In this document: positions 56,745 through 64,000 of the stretch, piece by piece
Numbering within the stretch: position 1 is the first letter of the stretch
Layout of the letters: each line of letters begins with the position of its first letter
DNA from: a virus
Lineage: Duplodnaviria > Caudoviricetes
Virus record (IMG/VR): IMGVR_UViG_3300049846_001293
Location: 1,683-65,682 of that record
Reading direction: 5' to 3' (one strand)
DNA length: 64,000 nt
Program-made: the position numbers and the translations under genes
The notes under the pieces: generated by a model
Database searches by the model: none
What the model saw: only the letters and a program-made list of their open reading frames with translations
Told to the model about the DNA's origin: nothing

Positions 56745-57233
56745 TTAGTAGTTGAGAATCCACAAATCAGCTTGAATGGTGATGTTGATTTCTGCGGGAT
56801 CGTCCACGTTCCAGTCGGCAGAACCGAAATTTGCTTCGGTGAGCATGCAGCCTTTGCCGACCCATTCTTCTACCTTGTCACCCACCGGGCCCAACATATT
56901 GAAGATGATATCCTTCTTATAGAAATCGGCATAGCCGTTACGACCCGTTACGGATTCGTGGTGCAAACGCACCCATTCCATAACGGCTTGTGCGCCGGAC
57001 GGAACGACCGGATCGTACAACTGGCACGAAATTGGGCCCCACTTGGACTTGCCCTTGATATAACGTTCTACGTTGATATGGGGCAATACTTTAGTCTCGC
57101 TCGAGAACTTTGGACGTTCAATTTTGCGAACGAGATAGGACGGAATACCGTCGATGTACATTACGAATCGATTTTGAGTTTTTGGCTCAAACTGCGTATA
57201 GAACATCTCGTTTTCTGATACTAAATTAGCCAT
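56745..57233 (-). CDS. gp19: Tail tube protein (gp19-like)
   Basis: FEPK.QNRF, GKSKW, LYDPVVPSGAQAVMEW, GYADFYKKD, LGPVGD.VEEW. Confidence 0.9.
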   Translation of the reverse strand: MANLVSENEMFYTQFEPKTQNRFVMYIDGIPSYLVRKIERPKFSSETKVLPHINVERYIKGKSKWGPISCQLYDPVVPSGAQAVMEWVRLHHESVTGRNGYADFYKKDIIFNMLGPVGDKVEEWVGKGCMLTEANFGSADWNVDDPAEINITIQADLWILNY

Positions 57234-57282
57234 GATAGATCTCCTAGATCTCTTACGTACTTATACATATCGACGGGGTGGT

Positions 57283-57314
57283 AAAATACCGGCCGGCATT
57301 ACTGCCGGCCAGTA
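57283..57314 (-). terminator. Rho-independent terminator after the sheath gene
   Basis: TACTGGCCGGCA-GTAA-TGCCGGCCGGTA followed by TTTT. Confidence 0.7.
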
Positions 57315-57316
57315 CC

Positions 57317-59698
57317 TTAGGCCTCAGGGAATACTGCGCCAGTGGACAAAATGTTGAAATCCAAGCTGATGATTTCAGCAGTCTTGGTCGGCTGGAGATA
57401 CAGCTGTCCGACCAACACATTTCGGTCAATGATATCTGGCGTATTGTTCGTCTCATCCATGACTACCTTGAAGGCGTACAGACCACTGCGTTCCTGTACC
57501 GACTGTAGATATGGATTGACGATGGACAAGAAGCGTTGACGCGTGGATTCGACATTCTGTTCGAATACCAAATAACGAGACGACGACGCGATGAACTTCT
57601 TCACAGCAATCAACAAACGACGGACATTGATACGATCCAGTGCGGAAGCATCTTGCTGTAACGTCTTCTGTCCCCATGCTACGATACCCTGACCAGGGAA
57701 CGACGCAATTGGGTTGACACGTGCCTCGTACAACGAATCTCGATCCGACTGATCCACTCGTGTACGAACCTGCAATGCGATATCAATACCACCACGTTGC
57801 AAGCCGGCCGGAGCGAACCATTCAGCGGCAACACGATCGTTGAACGCGAAGACATTTGGCATCACGACTGACGGCGGCGCCCAGATCAACTTATTGGTGT
57901 CTGTGTCACGGATCTTAACCCACGGGTAGTACGTACCAGCGTAGTTGGTGTCCAAATCCTCGACATCGGTTTCTGCCGTTGCGACGGTTGCACCCAACAC
58001 CGATCCATCGAGCACGAAGAAGCAATCACCACGGTTTTCACACATGTTGATACCTTCGGTAACAATATATGCGTGCTGACTATAAATGACACCCGGCAAT
58101 ACCAACATATTGATGTCAAATGCATCCGGATTTGCGAGCGCGTCGATGCAGAGCTTGTATGCACGAGAACCTGCTTTGTTGGAATCGCTCAAATCGAATC
58201 CTTGTGTATTGGTCGATGTGATGTTACCACCTACTTCACGAAGGACCGATGGATTCTGTCCATCGAAGCCATTCTGGAACGGCACCGTGAACTTACGAAT
58301 GGCCGTGTTGGCTTGTACGCCTACGTCAACCAAATCGGTAGATTCAAGAATTTCCAATAGGTCGAATCCTGGGTCCACACCACCTGCTGGCACTGCCGTA
58401 GAACCACTTGCAAATACACCCACCCGAAGGGTCGTGCCCGCCGAGTTAATGGAGCCAGATGGGATTGGCGCAATGTAGGCAAGGGTTGTGTCATCACTGA
58501 GGTCGATGCCGTAGTATACTCGGTTGCTGGCAACTTCCGTGGTTCCGCCGGTTGGGGCCGCGTAACGCGTGGTGACATAGGCCGGTGCAGGCAAGTTGGC
58601 AACTGACAATGGAGCGGCCAATGGCGCGAATCCATACGGCAGAGCCGACTCGGACACATCTTCAGCACCACTGTCCATTTCGACATAGACGTACTTGGAT
58701 TTATTCTCGTACTCGCCTTCGAGGTAAATGTCATTGTTTGCATCGATAATCGTACGTGCCGTACCAATTGCACGGGCAACGTAATTCGGACTAGATGGAT
58801 CCATTGTTAGATTATCGAACTGCTCCAATACATTGATACGTGCATCGGTGTCGTCGAACTTGCGAACCAATACCGTGAACGTACCATAGCCGGTGCCCGA
58901 TGGGTTCGGTCGAATGGACGCGATGGAAATCTTGACATCGGTATTTGCCGAAGTACCATCTGACAACGTGTGGAACTTGAACAAGTTGTGATGGATGGAA
59001 CCGATCAACTGCGAACGAATCCATGGCGTCTCGGCATTGCGATAGGTGCCGTAGGTGGAACCCGACAACATCAGTTGTGTGGTTTCAACGGCCAACGTCA
59101 TCGAGCCCGAACCAACCAATGCACCGGACACGAAACTCGTGGCCGATGGGAACTGTAGCAATACGAAACCGTCTTGTCCGGTTGTCGTGGTCGTACCCAA
59201 TACCTTTGCAAAGTAATTTGCACTGGTTGGATCAACGCTCATGCTATTGTAGGTCGTAACACCTGACGCACCACTGATGGTCAAGGTGAACTGCGTTGGT
59301 GCACCGGAGGCGGAACCGGATACCAATGACACACCCTGTCGGGATGGGAAGATTACACCGATCGGTCGGCCGGTGGGCGAACCAGAACCACTGATCGACA
59401 AAATCAGAGATTCGACGGTACTGTTATCGTATCCGTCCAAGCCAAGAACACGACATACCGTGGCACGGCCGGCTTCGCGTAGATAATTCTGTACCGCGTG
59501 TGGGGTATAGAAATCCACGGTCGGACCACCGAAGATCGCAGTGAATTCCTCTTGGGACTCTACGATGACAGGCCGAAAGGCTGGTCCTTTTTGTGTCGGC
59601 CCAACAAACGCCGCGCCGATTTGTGCGATGCCTTGTGGCAAGAATGAAAGATCTCGTTCTTGAGTGAAGACACCAGGGCTGATAAATCGCTCTGCCAT
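57317..59698 (-). CDS. gp18: Tail sheath protein (gp18-like)
   Basis: SPGVF..E.D.S, GPT.KGPAF, YYPWV, WFAPAG..RG, NPI, WGQKTL, RINVRRL, NNTPD.IDRN. Confidence 0.95.
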   Translation of the reverse strand: MAERFISPGVFTQERDLSFLPQGIAQIGAAFVGPTQKGPAFRPVIVESQEEFTAIFGGPTVDFYTPHAVQNYLREAGRATVCRVLGLDGYDNSTVESLILSISGSGSPTGRPIGVIFPSRQGVSLVSGSASGAPTQFTLTISGASGVTTYNSMSVDPTSANYFAKVLGTTTTTGQDGFVLLQFPSATSFVSGALVGSGSMTLAVETTQLMLSGSTYGTYRNAETPWIRSQLIGSIHHNLFKFHTLSDGTSANTDVKISIASIRPNPSGTGYGTFTVLVRKFDDTDARINVLEQFDNLTMDPSSPNYVARAIGTARTIIDANNDIYLEGEYENKSKYVYVEMDSGAEDVSESALPYGFAPLAAPLSVANLPAPAYVTTRYAAPTGGTTEVASNRVYYGIDLSDDTTLAYIAPIPSGSINSAGTTLRVGVFASGSTAVPAGGVDPGFDLLEILESTDLVDVGVQANTAIRKFTVPFQNGFDGQNPSVLREVGGNITSTNTQGFDLSDSNKAGSRAYKLCIDALANPDAFDINMLVLPGVIYSQHAYIVTEGINMCENRGDCFFVLDGSVLGATVATAETDVEDLDTNYAGTYYPWVKIRDTDTNKLIWAPPSVVMPNVFAFNDRVAAEWFAPAGLQRGGIDIALQVRTRVDQSDRDSLYEARVNPIASFPGQGIVAWGQKTLQQDASALDRINVRRLLIAVKKFIASSSRYLVFEQNVESTRQRFLSIVNPYLQSVQERSGLYAFKVVMDETNNTPDIIDRNVLVGQLYLQPTKTAEIISLDFNILSTGAVFPEA

Positions 59699-59771
59699 AA
59701 TAAAGCTCCGTTATAGTTGTTCTAACATTTGATAACCCTGAATCCGTGACTCAACCGATTTTGAAAACCGG

Positions 59772-60029
59772 TTATTCCGAGATCTGCGGGATAAATTCTT
59801 GAGTGACAAGATTGACCTGTCCCGCACCATATTTTTCCTGCAATTTCGAGATGGTTTCGAACCGATCTGCATCCAACTGCTCGAGTGACGCATCAATTGC
59901 GGACAACTCGGATTCAATGACCTTTTTCTGATAGTGTAATTCACCGTATTGTCGTGTCAGTGCTGACCAACGATCTTGAAGGTCGGTCAATTGCTTAAAT
60001 TCATCATCTGGTAGCTTGAAACCTGTCAT
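59772..60029 (-). CDS. Small coiled-coil protein
   Basis: Heptad pattern ending LQEKYGAGQVNL.T.EF. Confidence 0.7.
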   Translation of the reverse strand: MTGFKLPDDEFKQLTDLQDRWSALTRQYGELHYQKKVIESELSAIDASLEQLDADRFETISKLQEKYGAGQVNLVTQEFIPQISE

Positions 60030-60104
60030 ATTAACCCCGGGAATTGGTTCAACCCATAAGTATTGATTTTTGGACCCAAAATGCTATACATATCGACGAA
60101 CTGA

Positions 60105-60893
60105 TTATTTTGTTGTCACAGTTTCAGTCATTACAATGACTTTTTTGGCTGTGTACATCTTTTGTGTCGTTGGTGAGATGTGATATTTCTGAACCATTCG
60201 GTCGGGAATCAAATATGCGCTCACTTTCATCGAAAATTGCGTTCGAATGACTCGATCCTGTGTGGCATCGAGGTCAGATTGACTGTCAAATTTGTCAATT
60301 TTGACTCGAAATTTGAATCCGTTACGAACACCCCAAAAATCGTCCGCTTCCATCTGTAACTGACCGATCAAATCGGACATTTGTTCTTCATACTCGGTCC
60401 ACACCATAAATTCATACTGTAAATCCACGTAATCGGGAATGATGATGCTGTGAAATTGCTTGGACGGACGAATATTGTTCAGTACACTGAATTTATCGTA
60501 TGCGTTGCGAGCATTCCAACCCGTTTCCCACGAGGTGGACACGTATTTGTTTGATGGATTGGACAACTTACCACGATCGACTGACACCCGACGCAACAAA
60601 ATCAACGGCGTTTGTGCTTTGTCCGTTGCAGGGTCGCGTAGAGCACCGTGTTGTCGGACGGCCGCCCATCGTTCAGGAGAGCCATATTGAACAGCAACGG
60701 GTTTGATTGCACCGTTATCAACAATGGTGGGTTTGATGACAGTGGTAAGATGGTTTACGATCAACTCATCAATGGACATCAACGTCACGGATAATGGTCG
60801 TTGATCTCCATCATTCAACTTCGTGTCCATTCCTCGATTTGGAACGTCATCTACTACCTGTGCTGCGGCGAGATGTGACATATCGGAGGTCAT
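60105..60893 (-). CDS. Tail terminator / completion protein (gp15-like)
   Basis: VQYGSPERW, PLI...R, PDYV...YE...WT; position between neck and sheath genes. Confidence 0.65.
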   Translation of the reverse strand: MTSDMSHLAAAQVVDDVPNRGMDTKLNDGDQRPLSVTLMSIDELIVNHLTTVIKPTIVDNGAIKPVAVQYGSPERWAAVRQHGALRDPATDKAQTPLILLRRVSVDRGKLSNPSNKYVSTSWETGWNARNAYDKFSVLNNIRPSKQFHSIIIPDYVDLQYEFMVWTEYEEQMSDLIGQLQMEADDFWGVRNGFKFRVKIDKFDSQSDLDATQDRVIRTQFSMKVSAYLIPDRMVQKYHISPTTQKMYTAKKVIVMTETVTTK

Positions 60894-61342
60894 ACGAGCG
60901 GTGCCTCAAGTTGGAGTCCAGTGTTACGTGTCAAATGTGTGGCACATACAATGGCGTGATTGTAATTCACCTGACCAGCGACCAACTGAATGTCGTTCAA
61001 CTGATCGATTTCAAAATAGCTACCCGCAAAATCAATGATATCGCCGATTTCTGGAAATACCCCTCGGGTCTGGCATTCATTACGAAGGAAACTGAACTCT
61101 GCGGTCTGTTCGGTGTTGACCGTCATCGTATCTTTGATTGCAGTGCTGAATTGACGATTCACCAAGCATGGAATTTGCACGCCACGATACCACCGTTTAG
61201 TGGTGGATTCACCGTAGACATTTTTCTTCGAAGACGTAATGTTCAACTTGTACAACACGACCGGTGTATCGACGAAAGTGTTCAATAGTTCCGAATTGAA
61301 GTGCAACATCAGATTGTAGTCCTGCTGGGACGTAAATCGCAT
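60890..61342 (-). CDS. Neck / head-closure protein (gp14-like)
   Basis: NVYGES, FPEIGDII...YFEID; position. Confidence 0.7.
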   Translation of the reverse strand: MRFTSQQDYNLMLHFNSELLNTFVDTPVVLYKLNITSSKKNVYGESTTKRWYRGVQIPCLVNRQFSTAIKDTMTVNTEQTAEFSFLRNECQTRGVFPEIGDIIDFAGSYFEIDQLNDIQLVAGQVNYNHAIVCATHLTRNTGLQLEAPLV

Positions 61343-61354
61343 CTGTGTTATCCG

Positions 61355-62557
61355 TTAAAGGATAAAGATTGGCATAGGTGCCAGTCGAAGAATTTCCTGC
61401 ATGTTCAACTCATTTTCCTTTTGCTTTTCCATCTGCTTTGCCTTACCACTCTCTTCCAGTGTTTCTCGTAGTTGATCTATCAGACGTTCCGCGTCTTGTT
61501 GACCCTCTTGTCGCAAAGTTTCACCATCCAATCGAATTTCAGAATTCGGGATGGGCAACATATCGTACTTGCTACGAATATTACCGAGTGTAATTTTCGT
61601 CAGTGCTAACGTGTAGTTGAAAATCCATTGACGACCAACGTCATTGATGTGCGAAAATGGCACATAGCAGAATGGTACGTTGCTAAAATCGCTGGCCACG
61701 CTTCGTTCGGCACGTCCTGGCGATCCGGCAGCGGACGTGGACAGTCGGAACTTGTCGCTCTCTACATAATACTCGAACCAAATACGATCGCCAGTGGAAT
61801 CCGGCAATGGGTATACTCGAATTTTGTTATTGTGAATTTCGAAACTGTAGTTCGAACGTCGAATCTGATCGTTCAATTCGATTGCTTGGGCACGCAATAG
61901 TGTTTCGAACGTCGGCATGATGAGAAAATTGGATGCGACGGCATAGCCCGTAAATCCAAATGATCCCAACAACGAACTCATATCGGTGCCCGTACCTGCA
62001 AATGGGTCAAAGAATCGTTGCATGGCAGGTACACGTTCATGAAAAACACGTCGAATTTCCATTCGAGTGCCGGATTCCGACACATCGGCCCATAGGTCTT
62101 GCAAATCATAATCTTGTTCACCGGCGGTAAGCGAAATATAGCCTCGCTTCAAATCCACCGTTCCACCCGATTGTGCTTCGGTGCCGTAGTCTGCTGCGAG
62201 TTTGACCAAAAATGGCATCGGCGTCGAGCGAATCAACGTTTGACTGAATGACGAGCCCGTTGGCATACCTTGATATGCCATCATATTGTCTCGCATATTG
62301 AATTCGTTCACAATCGATGTGAACTGCATCGTTGCCGTTTCCAAATTGTTATAGATGTTCTGGTCTTGTAGTTCGATGGACACCATCGGATATCCCAAAG
62401 TGGAACAAATCCACTTTGCTACCCGCGGCGCGGCATATTCAAAATCACCATCATCATCGAACAGTCCATATGCAGTGCGGCCGGACGGATTACTACCCGA
62501 GCCAGGCCACATGATAACGTCTACTACCGGCCCACCACCCACAGCATCAATCGGCAT
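61355..62557 (-). CDS. Neck / head-tail adaptor (gp13-like)
   Basis: LGYP.V.IEL, YTLAL.K..LG.IR.KY...PIP......L.G. Confidence 0.8.
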   Translation of the reverse strand: MPIDAVGGGPVVDVIMWPGSGSNPSGRTAYGLFDDDGDFEYAAPRVAKWICSTLGYPMVSIELQDQNIYNNLETATMQFTSIVNEFNMRDNMMAYQGMPTGSSFSQTLIRSTPMPFLVKLAADYGTEAQSGGTVDLKRGYISLTAGEQDYDLQDLWADVSESGTRMEIRRVFHERVPAMQRFFDPFAGTGTDMSSLLGSFGFTGYAVASNFLIMPTFETLLRAQAIELNDQIRRSNYSFEIHNNKIRVYPLPDSTGDRIWFEYYVESDKFRLSTSAAGSPGRAERSVASDFSNVPFCYVPFSHINDVGRQWIFNYTLALTKITLGNIRSKYDMLPIPNSEIRLDGETLRQEGQQDAERLIDQLRETLEESGKAKQMEKQKENELNMQEILRLAPMPIFIL

Positions 62558-62595
62558 GCCTATCTCCGTAAAGTACCTCTATAAATAGCCTGGCA

Positions 62596-63240
62596 TTATT
62601 TGTTACTTTTCAATAGATTGTCTTTCCACGGAATAATTCGGAGGTTGGAAATATTACCAATTTCGGACGGTGAAATATTTTGATCGTATCCCTCGGATAT
62701 CGATATGATATGATCTAATTGATATGCTCCGTTCACTCCACACAACCCCCTAATTTTATCATAATTTTCTAACTGTGTAATATCTTGTTGTCGTGTAATT
62801 CGAGAGACTTCTCGCCTGTATTTCTTTTTGTTATCTAGGTCCGCCATATACGCATCGAACGATTCGTATCCAGCTTTTCTCGCAGACATTTGCTTAATGT
62901 GTTCATCTTTGATCACATAAGTCCATGATTTTTTGTAAACTATGGACGAACACGAGTTGCAAATAGCATTTGATTTTGCAGCACGTTGCATAGACCACTT
63001 GCTTATATAGTCATGAGGCGCATCGCATAACGGACAGTTTCGTATAAATGGACCAGTATCTTTTTTTGGACGTGCGTACCATTCGGATAGATGTTTTATT
63101 GATTGTCCTGATTTACTGGACTTCATCTTCTTGATACCACACTTTTTACAGCCAGTACGTTTCTTTTCCAACCGATCTCGATTATATTTTGATGAATGAT
63201 AGATTTTATCATTACACATCGGACATATTCGTTCCCACAT
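62596..63240 (-). CDS. HNH homing endonuclease with zinc-ribbon repeats
   Basis: Four CxxC pairs; YQLDHIISI..G...I..ISNLRIIPWKDNL.KS. Confidence 0.8.
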   Translation of the reverse strand: MWERICPMCNDKIYHSSKYNRDRLEKKRTGCKKCGIKKMKSSKSGQSIKHLSEWYARPKKDTGPFIRNCPLCDAPHDYISKWSMQRAAKSNAICNSCSSIVYKKSWTYVIKDEHIKQMSARKAGYESFDAYMADLDNKKKYRREVSRITRQQDITQLENYDKIRGLCGVNGAYQLDHIISISEGYDQNISPSEIGNISNLRIIPWKDNLLKSNK

Positions 63241-63294
63241 AACAAGTCATACCTCCACATCATAGTATATTAATACATAGTGTGAATGTGGTCG

Positions 63295-63335
63295 AAAAAC
63301 ATAAAGGAGCATCTCGTTAAAGATGCTCCTTTATG
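63295..63335 (-). terminator. Rho-independent terminator after the capsid gene
   Basis: 15-bp stem CATAAAGGAGCATCT/AGATGCTCCTTTATG followed by TTTTT on the minus strand. Confidence 0.85.
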
Positions 63336-63358
63336 AACTTCGACTTAATCAGTTACGA

Positions 63359-64000
63359 TTAGAGCGCGGCCAAATCGCCGACCACGATCTTACCGAAGAA
63401 TTCTGGACGAACGATTTTCTTCGCGTAACGGGTGAGCACACCGCGGCGTGGAGTGAAGTTTTGTGGGTCATACACGAGCGGCGTCATGATGAGTGGGATG
63501 TACGGAGCGTATACGGCACCCGTTTCGAGGAAGTTACTGCCTCGGAAGCCCATCAAGATAACGTTCGACGTCATATAAGGGTTCTTGTAGACCGTGAATC
63601 GGCTCTGGAATTCTCCAACCTTCGAGACGCCCATTGCGAATTCGGCCTTGTCACCATCGGTCTTGGCCGAGAATCCTGGGATGGATTCGATGACGGAAGC
63701 GATTTGCGGCGAAACAACCATCCAGTTTGCGCCACCACGCATCGTCAACTGATGAATCTTGTTGGAGACGTTCTGAACCACGTTACCAAGTGTCTGGTAC
63801 CAGGTCATCGTCGTCCAAGCCTGACCGGAGATGTTCGTGTCAGCCACGAAACTACCACCGTTCCACACGTTACCGATCTTGGCCGACCAGTAACCGGTCG
63901 TCTGTGCGTTGACCAAGAGCATTTCGAGGATTTCAAGATCGATTTCCAACGAAATGTATTCGGACAACATAGCAGTCAATTCGGCTTCTGCGTCGATCGA
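63359..64000 (-). CDS. gp23: Major capsid protein (gp23-like), C-terminal part
   Basis: IDAEAELTAMLSEYISLEIDLEIL, RGGANW.V.SP, VYKNPY, GAVYAPYIPL, FTPRRGVLTRY. Confidence 0.95.
   Translation of the reverse strand, partial: SIDAEAELTAMLSEYISLEIDLEILEMLLVNAQTTGYWSAKIGNVWNGGSFVADTNISGQAWTTMTWYQTLGNVVQNVSNKIHQLTMRGGANWMVVSPQIASVIESIPGFSAKTDGDKAEFAMGVSKVGEFQSRFTVYKNPYMTSNVILMGFRGSNFLETGAVYAPYIPLIMTPLVYDPQNFTPRRGVLTRYAKKIVRPEFFGKIVVGDLAAL

Noticed and set aside
216-63912. Many plus-strand ORFs in the track (e.g. 317-856, 26986-27753, 31972-32655, 45833-46417)
   Set aside because: They are antisense shadows of well-supported minus-strand genes and have no recognisable motifs; the poly-Pro ORF mirrors Gly codons.

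Overview
This is a 64 kb segment of a large T4-like (Far-T4-type) myovirus genome. Essentially every credible gene is on the minus strand, tightly packed with ATGA/TAATG overlaps, and reads in the standard genetic code. In transcription order (right to left) it holds: the C-terminal part of the major capsid protein; an HNH gene; neck, tail-completion, sheath and tube genes; a block of Ser/Thr/Gly-rich fibre-like genes; an SNF2 helicase; a tail chaperone with a probable programmed frameshift; tape-measure and baseplate genes; a replication block (divergent PolA, gp32, RecA/UvsX, 5'-3' exonuclease, gp41 helicase, class II RNR, thioredoxin, dUTPase, PolB, ligase, clamp, clamp loader); and accessory genes (two Mom-like GNATs, DruA/DUF4338, RtcB, TPM protein, NAMPT plus NMNAT-Nudix, phosphoesterases, glycosyltransferases). 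The most unusual observation is a pair of tandem paralogous small genes after the polymerase (19780-20499). They share an N-terminal domain and each carries a different conserved fragment of a gp23-type capsid protein, one matching the T4 Gol peptide, which suggests a capsid-mimic or decoy system. Other highlights are a Mom-like enzyme ending in the same clamp-binding-like peptide as the polymerase, a structured leader motif shared by the two NAD genes, a late-promoter-like motif inverted relative to T4, and several small ORFs absent from the ORF track. All assignments come from motif recognition by eye; no database search was run.
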